Below, one piece after another: positions 27,214 to 38,403 of a stretch of DNA of 64,000 nt (the stretch's first letter is position 1; the number at the start of each line of letters is the position of its first letter). The DNA is from Muribaculaceae bacterium (GTDB lineage: Bacteria > Bacteroidota > Bacteroidia > Bacteroidales > Muribaculaceae): the NCBI GenBank assembly GCA_023667285.1, contig JAMPAK010000001.1:255064-319063 (forward strand), read 5' to 3'. Below the pieces are notes generated by a model, which worked only from the letters and a program-made list of their open reading frames with translations, was not told the origin of the DNA and did not search any database. The position numbers were made by a program, and so were the translations under genes.

Positions 27214-29829
27214 TTAGATAGACTTTCTGAGGATTTCAACTGCAGCCATGAGACCGTCCTTGTCCTTGCCTCCGGCCTGGGCAAACCCGGGCTGACCGCC
27301 CCCGCCGCCCTTGATAGCCTTCGCGGCATCACGGGCCATATTGGAGGCGTTGAGACCTGCCTTGACCACATCTTCAGTGAGAGCCACGGTGATAAGGGGC
27401 TTGCCTGCCATATCCATAGTGGCAGCGATAAACACTGTGTTCTCCTGAGAGAGCTGGCGGACCAGGAATGCAACATTCTTCACCACTTCAGGTACATATA
27501 TACCGGTCATCACCACCGTCTTGTGTCCGTCGATGGTCTCAGCCTTCTCAAGCAGAGAAGAAGCCAAAGAGCGTACTCTCTCCCTCATATATTCCTCAGC
27601 CTGCTTACGGAGGTCGGCATTCTCATCAATGGAGCGACGCAGGGCAGTGACAACATCAGGAGCATTGTGGAGAAGCTCGCCGATGGTGCGGAGCGTGTCG
27701 CTCAACTGATCAACAGCCGTCTCAGCAGCCTCGGCTGTGATAGCCTCTATACGGCGTATGCCGGCAGCCGTGCTCGACTCTGAGATGATGCGGATAGAAC
27801 CGATATTTCCTGTGTTGGGGACGTGGGTACCACCACAGAGCTCAACAGAGTCACCATATCTGATGACACGTACCTCCTCTCCATACTTCTCTCCAAACAG
27901 AGCCATCGCTCCCATCTCACGAGCCTGGTCAATAGGCACACATCGGTGCTCATCGAGAGGAATCGCCTTGCGTACCATTGCGTTTGCCAGATGCTCAACC
28001 TTACGGAGTTCCTCGGGAGTAACTTTCTGGAAGTGGCTGAAGTCGAAGCGGAGCATCTTGGGAGACACAAATGAACCGCGCTGCTCAACATGGGTTCCCA
28101 ACACCTCACGGAGGGCTGCATGAAGCAGGTGTGTTGCTGTGTGGTTACACTCCGTAGACCTACGCGCCTTCTCGTCGATGACAGCCTCAAATGTGGCAGT
28201 TACATCCTGAGGCATATGTTTTGCCTGATGGACGGCCTGACCATTCTCGCGCTTGGTGTCGTAAATTTCAATCTTCTCATCTCCATTGATAAGCCAGCCG
28301 GTATCGCCGACCTGGCCACCCATCTCTGCATAGAACGGGGTCACGGAGAGAACGATCTGATAGTATTCCTTACCTTTCTGCTTCACACGGCGGTATCTTA
28401 GAATCTGTGTGGGCGCTGAAGTTTCATCATATCCCACGAATTCAGTCTCGCCCTCGCGCACCTCTATCCAATCTGTGGCCTCAACGGCTGCAGCATTGCG
28501 GGCGCGAGCCTTCTGTGCCTCCATTTCGGTATCAAACTCCTTTTTGTCTAGGGTCATGTCATTCTCCTTCAGAATGAGTTCTGTAAGGTCGAGTGGGAAA
28601 CCATATGTGTCATAAAGCACGAAGGCATCCTTGCCTGAGATTTCCGTCTTACCCTTTGACTTTGCACTTTTGATAGCGCCGTCAAGGATGGAGATACCCT
28701 TGTCAAGAGTGCGGAGGAATGCATCCTCCTCCTCTTTGATAACCTTCATGATGAGCTCACGTTGAGAGACAATCTCGGGATATGCCTCGCCCATCGAATC
28801 GATGAGGGTATTGACCAGTTTATACATGAACGCCTCCTTCTGGTCGAGGAAGGTGTAAGCATAGCGCACGGCTCGGCGCAGGATTCGTCTGATTACATAT
28901 CCGGCCTTGGCATTGCCAGGGAGTTGAGAGTCGGCAATCGAGAACGAGATGGTACGGACATGGTCTGCTATCACTCGCATTGCCACATCTCTCATTCTGT
29001 CTTCACCATATTTTTTGGCGGATAGTTCAGAGATTGTATTGATGAGCGGTGTGAAGACATCGGTGTCATAGTTAGACTTCTTACCCTGGAGCGCCATGCA
29101 TAGACGCTCAAAGCCCATACCCGTGTCAATCACTTTGGCTGGCAGCGGTTCGAGAGAGCCATCGGCCTTGCGGTTATACTGCATGAACACAAGGTTCCAT
29201 ATCTCAATAACAAGCGGATTATCTTTGTTGACAAGAGTAGCCCCGTCCACCTCAGCGCGCTCCTCATCTGAGCGGAGGTCAATATGAATTTCTGAGCAGG
29301 GGCCACAGGGACCTGTATCGCCCATCTCCCAGAAGTTGTCATGCTTATTGCCATTGATAATGTGGGATGCGGGCAGATGCTTTTCCCAGATAGCGGCGGC
29401 CTCATCGTCGCGGGTCAGACCCTCAGAGGGAGAACCCTCAAAGACGGTGGCATACAGACGCTTCGGATTGAGTTTGAGCACATCCACCAGATATTCCCAA
29501 GCCCAGTCTATGGCCTCTTGCTTGAAATAGTCGCCGAAACTCCAGTTTCCCAACATCTCAAACATTGTGTGGTGGTATGTGTCCATGCCCACCTCCTCAA
29601 GATCGTTGTGCTTTCCTGACACTCGCAGACACTTCTGGGAGTCAGCAACTCGCTGATACTTCGCCGACTTGTTGCCCAGGATGATGTCTTTGAACTGGTT
29701 CATACCGGCATTGGTGAACATCAGTGTTGGATCATCCTTGATGACCATCGGCGCCGATGGCACAATATGATGGCCCTTTGAACGGAAAAACTCTTTGAAC
29801 GACTCGCGTATTTCCTTTGCTGTGAGCAT
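27214..29829 (-). CDS. alaS: Alanine--tRNA ligase
   Basis: [36 protein letters not shown], editing motifs HTATHLLH and CGGTH, C-terminal DHHA1 GGGGQ. Confidence 0.97.
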   Translation of the reverse strand: MLTAKEIRESFKEFFRSKGHHIVPSAPMVIKDDPTLMFTNAGMNQFKDIILGNKSAKYQRVADSQKCLRVSGKHNDLEEVGMDTYHHTMFEMLGNWSFGDYFKQEAIDWAWEYLVDVLKLNPKRLYATVFEGSPSEGLTRDDEAAAIWEKHLPASHIINGNKHDNFWEMGDTGPCGPCSEIHIDLRSDEERAEVDGATLVNKDNPLVIEIWNLVFMQYNRKADGSLEPLPAKVIDTGMGFERLCMALQGKKSNYDTDVFTPLINTISELSAKKYGEDRMRDVAMRVIADHVRTISFSIADSQLPGNAKAGYVIRRILRRAVRYAYTFLDQKEAFMYKLVNTLIDSMGEAYPEIVSQRELIMKVIKEEEDAFLRTLDKGISILDGAIKSAKSKGKTEISGKDAFVLYDTYGFPLDLTELILKENDMTLDKKEFDTEMEAQKARARNAAAVEATDWIEVREGETEFVGYDETSAPTQILRYRRVKQKGKEYYQIVLSVTPFYAEMGGQVGDTGWLINGDEKIEIYDTKRENGQAVHQAKHMPQDVTATFEAVIDEKARRSTECNHTATHLLHAALREVLGTHVEQRGSFVSPKMLRFDFSHFQKVTPEELRKVEHLANAMVRKAIPLDEHRCVPIDQAREMGAMALFGEKYGEEVRVIRYGDSVELCGGTHVPNTGNIGSIRIISESSTAAGIRRIEAITAEAAETAVDQLSDTLRTIGELLHNAPDVVTALRRSIDENADLRKQAEEYMRERVRSLASSLLEKAETIDGHKTVVMTGIYVPEVVKNVAFLVRQLSQENTVFIAATMDMAGKPLITVALTEDVVKAGLNASNMARDAAKAIKGGGGGQPGFAQAGGKDKDGLMAAVEILRKSI

Positions 29830-29840
29830 GATTATGATTA

Positions 29841-29873
29841 TATTTTGACTGTATTTTGACTGTATTTTTATTG
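29841..29873. repeat. 11-bp tandem repeat (TATTTTGACTG x2 plus one degenerate copy) in the alaS leader
   Basis: tattttgactg-tattttgactg-tatttttattg between the promoter and the ATG. Confidence 0.8.
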
Positions 29874-29891
29874 TATTCTATTTTGCAGATG

Positions 29892-29899
29892 CAAATTTA
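29892..29899 (-). promoter_or_regulatory. -7 promoter element TAAATTTG for alaS
   Basis: Exact TAnnTTTG 62 nt upstream of the alaS ATG. Confidence 0.65.
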
Positions 29900-29947
29900 C
29901 GATTTTTTTGACAGACTACGCCCCTTTGTCGACAATTAAAAAATGAC

Positions 29948-30982
29948 TCAGAGCGTATAAAGTGGGGTGCGCTCATATCGCGGCAGCGGAATGACAGAGA
30001 TGAGGGGCGCCACGCTGTCCAACTCTGAGCCATATGGGATGGTAGTGGTGGCAAACCGTGTGATGCCCCGTGGTCGGAAAGCGTCGCGATATGCCTCGAC
30101 TGCAAGAGCAGGGGTATTGTTGTCGTGAGACAAATGACACAGGAAGATGTTGCGCAACGACGCGGTGTATATTGACGACACATAGCCTGCTGAGACTTTA
30201 TTGTCGAGATGTCCGTTCTTTGCGACAATCCTAGCCTTGAGATGCTCCGGATAAGAGCCTGTCCTCAATTTTTCTAGGTCGTAGTTCGACTCTATGACGA
30301 GCGACTGGGCCTGACGCATATAGAAATCAGCGCGCTCCGAGATGCATCCGAGATCTGTAGCCACGGCCAGTGTCTGATAGCCATGTTCAATGAAGAAGCC
30401 CACATTATCAGCTCCATCGTGCATAACCTCGAAAGGAGTGATGGAGAATCGTCCTATCTGGAAGGCAAACTCCTTGTAGACCGGCACATGATAATCCTTG
30501 ATGCGGCGCGAGATGTTGTGGCGTCTCAACATTCCGTTGAGGGTTCTCGGGGTGCAGTAGAGCTTTATGTGGCGGTTGTTTCTGAGGAGAGGATATGCCT
30601 GGCTTATGTGGTCGTGATGGTCATGGGTAAGTATTATACCCTTCACCTGCTCAGGCATGATGCCGTTGTCGCGCAGGTCAGTCATCACACGTCGTGCCTC
30701 AATGCCGGCATCGATCAGGAATCCGCTTTGGCGGTCTCCGACATAGGAACAGTTTCCACTGCTTCCACTGCCGAAACTCATGAAAAATATATTGTCAGCA
30801 GCCGCCATCTCCGGCATCTCATCGATGGCACGGACACGACGCTCGGCCTCTTGTCGGGCCAGCTCTGCCATTTTATCGGGTGGAATGAATTCAAAATCAG
30901 CAATGCCGGACTCTGCATATTCCTCCATGGAGTCGAAAAGGCCGGGTTGCAGCCGTGAATTGATCAGGTGTTTTCTTCGCAT
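29948..30982 (-). CDS. MBL-fold metallo-hydrolase, YycJ/WalJ/PhnP-like, with an N-terminal extension of about 60 aa
   Basis: SFGSGSSGNC, LIDAG, THDHHDH (HxHxDH), HDGAD, ATDLG, IESNYD, GHLDN, CHLSHDNN. Confidence 0.88.
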   Translation of the reverse strand: MRRKHLINSRLQPGLFDSMEEYAESGIADFEFIPPDKMAELARQEAERRVRAIDEMPEMAAADNIFFMSFGSGSSGNCSYVGDRQSGFLIDAGIEARRVMTDLRDNGIMPEQVKGIILTHDHHDHISQAYPLLRNNRHIKLYCTPRTLNGMLRRHNISRRIKDYHVPVYKEFAFQIGRFSITPFEVMHDGADNVGFFIEHGYQTLAVATDLGCISERADFYMRQAQSLVIESNYDLEKLRTGSYPEHLKARIVAKNGHLDNKVSAGYVSSIYTASLRNIFLCHLSHDNNTPALAVEAYRDAFRPRGITRFATTTIPYGSELDSVAPLISVIPLPRYERTPLYTL

Positions 30983-30995
30983 CAGTCAAGTCAGG

Positions 30996-31727
30996 TTAAT
31001 TGTAGAGTAAAAATATAGTAGGCACCTTATCATAATTATATTGTGCCTTGGCCCACTCTGAGAGAGTGCGGGTCACTATCGACTGCGAGGGGCCGGTGAT
31101 ATCGGAGGCCACACACAGCCGCAATCCCCCCGGAAGGGTCGACACCAGTTCTGATATGAGCCGATTGTTGCGGTAAGGGGTCTCGATGAATATCTGCGTC
31201 TGCCTCTTGGTGCGTATCAGCCGCTCCATGTCGCGGAGGGTCGAAGTGCGCTCACGGGCGTCATGAGGGAGATAGCCAGCGAAGGCAAATGTCTGCCCAT
31301 TGAAACCTGAGGCCATCAGAGCCAATATTATGCTCGATGGTCCTACTAGAGGCACCACAGGTAGTCCCTTACGCTGGGCGACAGAGACAAGGTCTGCTCC
31401 CGGGTCTGCCACGGCCGGACATCCGGCCTCAGAGATGACCCCGATCGGCTCCCCTTTGAGCAACGGCTCAAGCATGGGCGGTACAGCCTCAGGGAGAGTA
31501 TGCTCATCGAGTGTGACAAACGACAGATTGTCTATCACTATTGACGGGTCGCATCGTTTGAGAAACCTGCGGGCGGTCCTAATGTTCTCAACCACAAAAT
31601 GGCGGATACCACGGATTATGTCGATGTTAGTCCGCGGGATAGCCACATCGACAGGGGCGTCGCTCATTGTAGATGGTATGAGATAGAGCGCCGGCCGAAG
31701 TTCCTTATGTTCTGTGGTTGAAGTCAT
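30996..31727 (-). CDS. SAM-dependent methyltransferase, tetrapyrrole methylase / RsmI-like family
   Basis: LYLIPS, VVENIRTARRFL, ISEAGCPAVADPG, GPSS, FIETPYRN. Confidence 0.87.
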   Translation of the reverse strand: MTSTTEHKELRPALYLIPSTMSDAPVDVAIPRTNIDIIRGIRHFVVENIRTARRFLKRCDPSIVIDNLSFVTLDEHTLPEAVPPMLEPLLKGEPIGVISEAGCPAVADPGADLVSVAQRKGLPVVPLVGPSSIILALMASGFNGQTFAFAGYLPHDARERTSTLRDMERLIRTKRQTQIFIETPYRNNRLISELVSTLPGGLRLCVASDITGPSQSIVTRTLSEWAKAQYNYDKVPTIFLLYN

Positions 31728-31788
31728 ATTTAACTGTATTCTTGTGAATTATGGCTTATAATCTTTATTGTTTCATCAGAATCAGTCT

Positions 31789-33246
31789 TCAGCCCACTGA
31801 CCCCTCGAGTGTTATCTGAAGAAGTTTCTGGGCTTCTACCGCAAACTCCATGGGAAGTTTGTTCATCACCTCCCGGGCATATCCGTTGACAATCAGCGCT
31901 ATCGCCTCTTCAGTGGGGATTCCTCGTTGATTGCAATAGAAGAGTTGGTCTTCAGAGATCTTAGAGGTTGTGGCCTCATGTTCTACTATCGCAGTATCAT
32001 CAAGAATATCGATATACGGGAAGGTGTGTGCTCCGCAGTGGCTGCCCATGAGCAGAGAGTCACACTGAGTATAGTTCCTGCATCCTGTGGCCCCGGGAGC
32101 CACCTTCACCAGTCCGCGATAAGAGTTCTCAGAATGTCCCGCAGAGATCCCTTTTGAGACGATAGTCGAGGATGAGTTCTTCCCGAGATGTATCATCTTC
32201 GTCCCTGTATCGGCCTGCTGACGGTTGCGTGTCACGGCCACAGAGTAAAACTCGCCCCTTGAATTGTCACCCTTCAGGACGCATGAGGGATATTTCCAGG
32301 TGATGGCTGAACCGGTCTCAACCTGAGTCCATGAGAGTTTGGAGTGGTCGCCTCGACAGAGTCCGCGCTTGGTCACAAAGTTATAGACACCTCCACGCCC
32401 TTCAGCATCTCCTGCATACCAGTTCTGGACGGTCGAATACTTCACCTCGGCTCTGTCCTCGACGATGATTTCGACGATTGCGGCATGAAGTTGGTTCTCA
32501 TCGCGCATGGGGGCTGTGCAACCCTCAAGATAACTTACATATGCATCATCGTCAGCCACAATTAGTGTCCTCTCAAACTGGCCGGTCCCGGCAGCGTTTA
32601 TACGGAAGTAGGTCGACAGTTCCATGGGACAGCGGACACCCTTGGGAATATAGACAAACGAGCCGTCAGAGAAGACCGCTGAGTTGAGTGCGGCATAGAA
32701 GTTGTCCCTATAGCTCACCACCATGCCGAGATATTTCTTGACAAGGTCTGGATAATCCTTCACCGCCTCTGAGATGGAACAGAAGATAATCCCCTTCTCA
32801 GCGAGTTTCTCGCGGTGAGTGGTCTTGACGCTGACAGAGTCCATCACGGCGTCCACGGCCATCCCTGAGAGAGCCTTCTGCTCCTCAAGGGGAATCCCAA
32901 GACGGTTGAATGTGTCAAGCACCTGAGGGTCTATCTCATCAAGGCTTTTAGGCCCCTCCTTCTTAACAGGCTCGGCATAATAGCTTATGGCCTGGAAATC
33001 AATGTCCGGGATGTTGAGATGAGCCCATTTAGGCACCGGGAGTGTCTGCCAATAGCGGAACGCCTTGAGTCGGAACTCAAGGAGCCACTCCGGCTCACCC
33101 TTTTTGGATGAAATCAGCCTGACGACCTCCTCATTAAGGCCGTTGGGAATGATATTGGTCTCTATGTCTGAGGTGAAACCATACTTATACTCGCCTGTGG
33201 TGGCGTCGTGAAGTGTGGACTCTGTCCCGTTATTGTTCTGTTCCAT
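31789..33246 (-). CDS. sufB: Fe-S cluster assembly scaffold SufB
   Basis: [52 protein letters not shown]. Confidence 0.96.
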   Translation of the reverse strand: MEQNNNGTESTLHDATTGEYKYGFTSDIETNIIPNGLNEEVVRLISSKKGEPEWLLEFRLKAFRYWQTLPVPKWAHLNIPDIDFQAISYYAEPVKKEGPKSLDEIDPQVLDTFNRLGIPLEEQKALSGMAVDAVMDSVSVKTTHREKLAEKGIIFCSISEAVKDYPDLVKKYLGMVVSYRDNFYAALNSAVFSDGSFVYIPKGVRCPMELSTYFRINAAGTGQFERTLIVADDDAYVSYLEGCTAPMRDENQLHAAIVEIIVEDRAEVKYSTVQNWYAGDAEGRGGVYNFVTKRGLCRGDHSKLSWTQVETGSAITWKYPSCVLKGDNSRGEFYSVAVTRNRQQADTGTKMIHLGKNSSSTIVSKGISAGHSENSYRGLVKVAPGATGCRNYTQCDSLLMGSHCGAHTFPYIDILDDTAIVEHEATTSKISEDQLFYCNQRGIPTEEAIALIVNGYAREVMNKLPMEFAVEAQKLLQITLEGSVG

Positions 33247-33751
33247 GATTTTCTGTTTCGGATGTTAGCACACCGACTATTCGAGGGCCGAGATCTATCA
33301 CCGTCTCTACGAGTCTGCCATTGGCAATCTTCGATGACTTGGACAGATCGCTGTCTGGTGAAAACAATATATATATGTTGAGCAGGAAACTCACCATGAT
33401 GAGGCTCTTCGCGATGCTCAGTATCGCTCCGGCTATACGGTCGAGCGGGCGGAGAAACAAGGCATGGACCGTCAGCCTCAGCATCTTGGCAACAAGGATA
33501 ACTGAATAATAGGCTACAATGTAGATCACCGAATATGTGCCTGCCGCTATGGCATAATAGGACATATGGCCGACCGGGTTGGTCCCACCGGGAGCAACAA
33601 ACTTCATCACCATGGGCCCCAGGAGCCAACATGCCAGAAGGCCCACTATGACGGCAGCTATCGAGCCAGCCTGGTTGATGAATCCCTTCCAGAAACCCCA
33701 AGCGCCCGAGACGGCAATAACGATGATCAATATTAAGTCTATTGTTGACAA
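33230..33751 (-). CDS. cvpA: CvpA (colicin V production) family membrane protein
   Basis: IDLILII...GFWKGF start, [10 protein letters not shown] motif, four TMs. Confidence 0.88.
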   Translation of the reverse strand: MSTIDLILIIVIAVSGAWGFWKGFINQAGSIAAVIVGLLACWLLGPMVMKFVAPGGTNPVGHMSYYAIAAGTYSVIYIVAYYSVILVAKMLRLTVHALFLRPLDRIAGAILSIAKSLIMVSFLLNIYILFSPDSDLSKSSKIANGRLVETVIDLGPRIVGVLTSETENHGTEQ

Positions 33752-36432
33752 AGTGCGGCGAGGTTTGCTCTAAGGGCTGTCAGTTTGGTCTCTGCGTCAG
33801 AGAGCTTCTTGCGCTCCGCATCGACTACCGAAGCAGGTGCGTTAGACACGAACCGCTCATTGGAGAGTTTCTTCTCCACAGAAGCCTTAAACCCTTCATA
33901 ATATTTGATATCTTTATCTATCTTTGTTTTCTCAGCCTCGACATCGATGTTGTCGAGCAGGGGGATGTTGAACTCTGCGGTCCCCACCATGAATGTCGCG
34001 GCGGCCGGGTCTTTCTCGTTGACGGTCTCGACGCCACCCAGGAGGGCCAGACGAGAGATGAGTGACGCGAGGTCGACCTCTGAGCCTACAGCGCGCAGTG
34101 TGAGTTTGTCGCGCATCGGGATGTTGCGCTGAGCACGAATACTGCGTACACCGTTCACAATATTCTTAGCCGTCTCTACACGCTCAAGAAGGCCTCTGTC
34201 AATCTCTGTCACCTCCGGCTGGGACGCATACATGATGGATTCCCCCTCACGGCGTTCTGCCATGTGCTGCCAGAGTTCCTCAGTTATGAACGGCATGAAG
34301 GGATGCAGCAGTCGGAGCAGCGAGTCGAAATATCCGATGGTCGCCTCATATGTCTCAGCATCAATGGGGTGTTGATAGTCAGGCTTGACCATCTCCAGAT
34401 ACCATGATGAGAATTCATCGCGGAAGAGTTTATAGACACCCATGAGCGCTTCTGAGATACGGAACTTTGCAAATGAGTCGTTGATTTCCTCAATGGACTC
34501 AGAAAGTTTTGACCTGAACCACTCGATGGCGATGGCTGAATGCTCAGGCTGCTTCAGAGAGCGGTCTACCTCCCATCCCTTCACGAGACGGAAAGCGTTC
34601 CATATCTTGTTGCAGAAGTTGCGGCCATTCTCGCATAGAACTTCATCAAACATGATGTCATTTCCGGCGGGGGCTGCAAGCATCATGCCCATACGGACAC
34701 CATCGGCGCCATATTTGTCTATCAGGTCGAGAGGATCGGGTGAATTGCCGAGCGACTTAGACATCTTGCGTCCTAGTTTGTCGCGCACTATTCCGGTGAA
34801 ATAGACATTGCGGAAAGGCTCCTTCCCCACATACTCATAGCCGGCCATAATCATTCTGGCCACCCAGAAGAAGATGATGTCAGGCCCGGTGACGAGGGTT
34901 GCTGTGGGATAGTAATATGAAATCTCCTTATTGCCGGGATTGTTGATGCCGTCAAAGAGTGTTATGGGCCAGAGCCACGAGGAGAACCATGTGTCGAGCG
35001 CGCCCTCGTCCTGACGGAGACCATCAATGGTGATATTCTCACATCCGGGGAGTGCATTCACCTTGGCGAGCGCCTTGGCAGGGTCCTCGGCCACCACAAA
35101 CTTCTCCTCGCCGTCTGTCGGGTCAGTATAGTAATAGGCAGGTATCCTGTGTCCCCACCAAAGCTGACGGGATATACACCAGTCCTGGATATTCTCAAGC
35201 CAGTTGCGATATGTGGTCTTATATTTCTCAGGCACGAAACGGATGATGTTGTCCATGACCGGAGAAAGGGAGATGTCTGCAAAATGCTTCATACTCACAA
35301 ACCACTGCAGTGAGAGTCTCGGTTCGATGGGCACTTTGGTGCGCTCTGAGAGTCCAATGTTGTTGGTGTAGTCCTCAACCTTCTCGAGCAGCCCGGCCTT
35401 GGCGAGATCCTCGGCAATGACACGGCGACACTCGAAGCGGTCCATCCCTACATACATTCCCGCGCACTCGGCTATTGTTGCATCGTCATTGAAGATATCA
35501 ATCACCTCCAGATTGTGCTTCTTGCCAAGCATCTCATCGTTCTTGTCGTGGGCAGGGGTAACTTTCAGACATCCCGTTCCAAACTCGATATCTACATACC
35601 TGTCCTCAATCACAGGGATGACCCTGTTGACAAGAGGCACAATCACCTTGTGGCCTTTAAGCCAAGTGTTCTTAGGATCCTTGGGGTTGATGCACATTGC
35701 CGTGTCGCCCATGATAGTCTCCGGACGGGTGGTGGCCACAACTGCATAATGGCGTCCATCTGCGTCAGTGTGTATCACCTCACCCTCAGCGGCCGCCTCA
35801 ATGGCAGCATCGTCAGCCAGATAATAACGTAGGTAATAGAGTTTTGCCTGCTCTGTTTCATAGAACACCTCATCATCGCTGATGGCAGTGAGGTTCTGCG
35901 GATCCCAGTTCACCATTCGCAGACCGCGATAGATGAGACCTTTGTCATAGAGGTCACAGAACACTTTTGTGACAGCCTTGGAGCGTTCCTCATCCATGGT
36001 GAATGCCGTACGCTCCCAGTCACATGATGCTCCAAGTTTGCGGAGCTGGCTCAAGATGATGCCGCCATGCTTACGGGTCCAGTCCCATGCATGCTCCAGA
36101 AACTGATCACGAGTCAGGTCGGTCTTCTTGATACCCTCGGCAGCAAGTTTGGCTATCACCTTTGTTTCCGTCGAGATGGAAGCATGGTCTGTCCCCGGCA
36201 CCCAGAGAGCATTCTTCCCCATCATGCGGGCGCGACGCACGAGAATATCCTGAATTGTATTGTTGAGCATGTGTCCCATATGGAGCACACCGGTTACATT
36301 GGGAGGAGGAATGACGATTGTATAAGGCTCACGGGCATCCGGCTCGGAGTGAAACAGACGGTGTTCCATCCAGTAGGCATACCACTTGTCCTCTACGGCA
36401 GTGGGGTCATATTTAGGTGCTATTTCTTCCAT
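33739..36432 (-). CDS. valS: Valine--tRNA ligase
   Basis: [13 protein letters not shown] (HIGH), [20 protein letters not shown]-terminal coiled coil KLSNERFV. Confidence 0.97.
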   Translation of the reverse strand: MEEIAPKYDPTAVEDKWYAYWMEHRLFHSEPDAREPYTIVIPPPNVTGVLHMGHMLNNTIQDILVRRARMMGKNALWVPGTDHASISTETKVIAKLAAEGIKKTDLTRDQFLEHAWDWTRKHGGIILSQLRKLGASCDWERTAFTMDEERSKAVTKVFCDLYDKGLIYRGLRMVNWDPQNLTAISDDEVFYETEQAKLYYLRYYLADDAAIEAAAEGEVIHTDADGRHYAVVATTRPETIMGDTAMCINPKDPKNTWLKGHKVIVPLVNRVIPVIEDRYVDIEFGTGCLKVTPAHDKNDEMLGKKHNLEVIDIFNDDATIAECAGMYVGMDRFECRRVIAEDLAKAGLLEKVEDYTNNIGLSERTKVPIEPRLSLQWFVSMKHFADISLSPVMDNIIRFVPEKYKTTYRNWLENIQDWCISRQLWWGHRIPAYYYTDPTDGEEKFVVAEDPAKALAKVNALPGCENITIDGLRQDEGALDTWFSSWLWPITLFDGINNPGNKEISYYYPTATLVTGPDIIFFWVARMIMAGYEYVGKEPFRNVYFTGIVRDKLGRKMSKSLGNSPDPLDLIDKYGADGVRMGMMLAAPAGNDIMFDEVLCENGRNFCNKIWNAFRLVKGWEVDRSLKQPEHSAIAIEWFRSKLSESIEEINDSFAKFRISEALMGVYKLFRDEFSSWYLEMVKPDYQHPIDAETYEATIGYFDSLLRLLHPFMPFITEELWQHMAERREGESIMYASQPEVTEIDRGLLERVETAKNIVNGVRSIRAQRNIPMRDKLTLRAVGSEVDLASLISRLALLGGVETVNEKDPAAATFMVGTAEFNIPLLDNIDVEAEKTKIDKDIKYYEGFKASVEKKLSNERFVSNAPASVVDAERKKLSDAETKLTALRANLAALCQQ

Positions 36433-36460
36433 TGTGACGGTTGATTTTGAAAAATTTCTA

Positions 36461-36468
36461 CAAAATTA
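36461..36468 (-). promoter_or_regulatory. -7 promoter element TAATTTTG for valS-cvpA-sufB
   Basis: Exact TAnnTTTG 28 nt upstream of the valS ATG. Confidence 0.65.
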
Positions 36469-36469
36469 C

Positions 36470-36501
36470 AAAAAAAGAGCGAGACTTCAATCCCGCTCTT
36501 T
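36470..36501 (-). terminator. Intrinsic terminator of the GH28 gene
   Basis: Stem AAAGAGCG(G/A)GA with a 6-nt loop, followed by T7 on the minus strand, about 27 nt after the stop. Confidence 0.75.
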
Positions 36502-36528
36502 ATTAAATAAGGTGAAAACTACAGATTG

Positions 36529-38076
36529 TCACATTTTGATATCCTTATTGTCCCCTGTGTAGACCACAGACTCCCCTTCGGGCGATACGAAACTGCAGCC
36601 TGTGAACACAGCGTCCTTGACATTATTGATTGTCATGGCCGGACCCGAGGCGGGACGCACGGTGACATTGTCAAATCTGATTTTCATAGACTCTGACAGA
36701 AGTCCGCCCTCACGCGCTGTGAACACCGAGTTAGTCACCTGGATATTCTCGATGGGCATCTCAGGAATTCCGTTGAACTTCAGAGCCTTACCGGAGTCAT
36801 ATGAAGTTACTTTGTTGATGAAGATATCTTTGAACTGAGGGGTTGTCTCGTCTACCGGAGGAACTACTGTCGGGGCATTCTTAACAAAGTAATAGAGGTC
36901 AAAAGTGATGGCGTCGCCCGAGATGCCGAGCATATTGATGTTGTCGATGAAGATATTCTTCACAACACCGCCGCGGCCTCGTGTGCTCTTGAAACGAAGG
37001 CCTATGTCTGTGCCCATGAACTGGCAATCCTTGACAGAGACATTGTTGACACCGCCAGACATCTCACTGCCCACGACAAAGCCGCCGTGACCGTGAAACA
37101 CTCTGCAATCCTTGACGATGACATTCTCTGTGGGCACGCCTCTCTTGCGGCCTGCCTCATCCTTGCCCGACTTCAGGCAGATGGCATCGTCGCCCACATC
37201 GAGTGTAGAGCGATAGACAATCACATTCTTGCACGACTCCACGTCGAGTCCATCGCCATTCTGTGCGAAGTCAGGATTCTTGATGAAAACTCCGTCGACG
37301 ATAAGATTCTCGCACAGCAGCGGATGAATGTTCCACGCGGGAGAGTTCTGGAATGTCACACCCTCCAGAAGCACATTCTTACATCCCACAAGCTGGATCA
37401 TCACCGGACGGAGAAAACGCTTGATCCTCGACGCCTCCTCCTGAGTCAGGAGTGCACGGCGGTCACCGTGGGCAGCCACTTCACCGTCGAGATAGTTCTG
37501 CGACGGATACCAGGTGGTTCCTTTCACCACACCACCCTTAGCCGTGAGGTTATTCCATTCAGCAGTGTTCATCTTGTCTTTTTTCACGGGGCGCCACATG
37601 CCTCCGCTTCCGTCAATCACACCCTCGCCGGTGATTGCCACATTTTGAAGATTGACTCCTGACACAGGCGACTGTGTGCGCCAAGCCTCAAAACCCTCAT
37701 ACACGACATAGACAGTCTTGTAGAGAGTCTCATCGGGGGCAAATACAATCAAAGCACCCCCATCGAGATGGAGATTGATGTTTGATTTCAGTTCTATAGG
37801 CCCGGTGAGCCACACACCTGACGGCACTAACACTACGCCGCCCCCGCGGGATGAGAGGGTATCGATAGCCTTGGCGAAGGCTTCGGAGTTGAGGGTCAGG
37901 CCGTCACCGACAGCGCCACAGTCTGCGATTGAGAGTGTGTCTGCCTTGAAGGCCGGACGGTCTATCACCGGCATATCGAAAGGCAATCCTTCATAGAGAT
38001 GCTCGTAGGTGGAAGCAGCCCCGGCGCTCATAGCCCCGGCAAACAGCACTGCAGATAGTAGAAACTTGAGGTTCAT
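36529..38076 (-). CDS. Glycoside hydrolase family 28 (polygalacturonase-like), with signal peptide
   Basis: GAVGDGLT, NGDGLD, GDDAI, GHGG and RFKS are the canonical GH28 motifs. Confidence 0.93.
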   Translation of the reverse strand: MNLKFLLSAVLFAGAMSAGAASTYEHLYEGLPFDMPVIDRPAFKADTLSIADCGAVGDGLTLNSEAFAKAIDTLSSRGGGVVLVPSGVWLTGPIELKSNINLHLDGGALIVFAPDETLYKTVYVVYEGFEAWRTQSPVSGVNLQNVAITGEGVIDGSGGMWRPVKKDKMNTAEWNNLTAKGGVVKGTTWYPSQNYLDGEVAAHGDRRALLTQEEASRIKRFLRPVMIQLVGCKNVLLEGVTFQNSPAWNIHPLLCENLIVDGVFIKNPDFAQNGDGLDVESCKNVIVYRSTLDVGDDAICLKSGKDEAGRKRGVPTENVIVKDCRVFHGHGGFVVGSEMSGGVNNVSVKDCQFMGTDIGLRFKSTRGRGGVVKNIFIDNINMLGISGDAITFDLYYFVKNAPTVVPPVDETTPQFKDIFINKVTSYDSGKALKFNGIPEMPIENIQVTNSVFTAREGGLLSESMKIRFDNVTVRPASGPAMTINNVKDAVFTGCSFVSPEGESVVYTGDNKDIKM

Positions 38077-38274
38077 TAGGGATTTGATGGTTATTTGGTA
38101 AATAGATTCAATTTCGTCGATTACACCTATTTAATATAGACGCAATTCCATATCGTAAAGTTAAAGATAATACCTGACACTGCCAAACTTTTCACAAAAT
38201 TCTTTTCAGTAGCCACCTCCGCGGATGGCTCATATAAACGTTAATTGCACCTAACATGTTGTAAAACATAAAAA

Positions 38275-38282
38275 TATTTTTG
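38275..38282 (+). promoter_or_regulatory. -7 promoter element TATTTTTG for the arabinose operon
   Basis: TAnnTTTG match immediately upstream of the AraR-like operator. Confidence 0.6.
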
Positions 38283-38296
38283 TCTTCCATCATAAC

Positions 38297-38315
38297 AAGT
38301 GTTACTTTTACACTC
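38297..38315. promoter_or_regulatory. AraR operator (AGTGT-N7-ACACT)
   Basis: aAGTGTtacttttACACTc is a palindrome resembling the Bacteroides AraR (NrtR family) site as I recall it. It sits just downstream of the promoter of the operon that encodes araR. Confidence 0.75.
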
Positions 38316-38403
38316 AAAATCAACGCACGGTCTGCCATGCGTCCATGAAACAACATTGCATCATTTCAACCAAGAAACACAAATATCAAAGATTCAACAA
38401 ATT

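Noticed and set aside
38211-38230. AGCCA-N10-TGGCT hairpin with a central CCGCGG in the GH28/ara intergenic region
   Set aside because: The 5-bp arms are within chance expectation, and no function is suggested.
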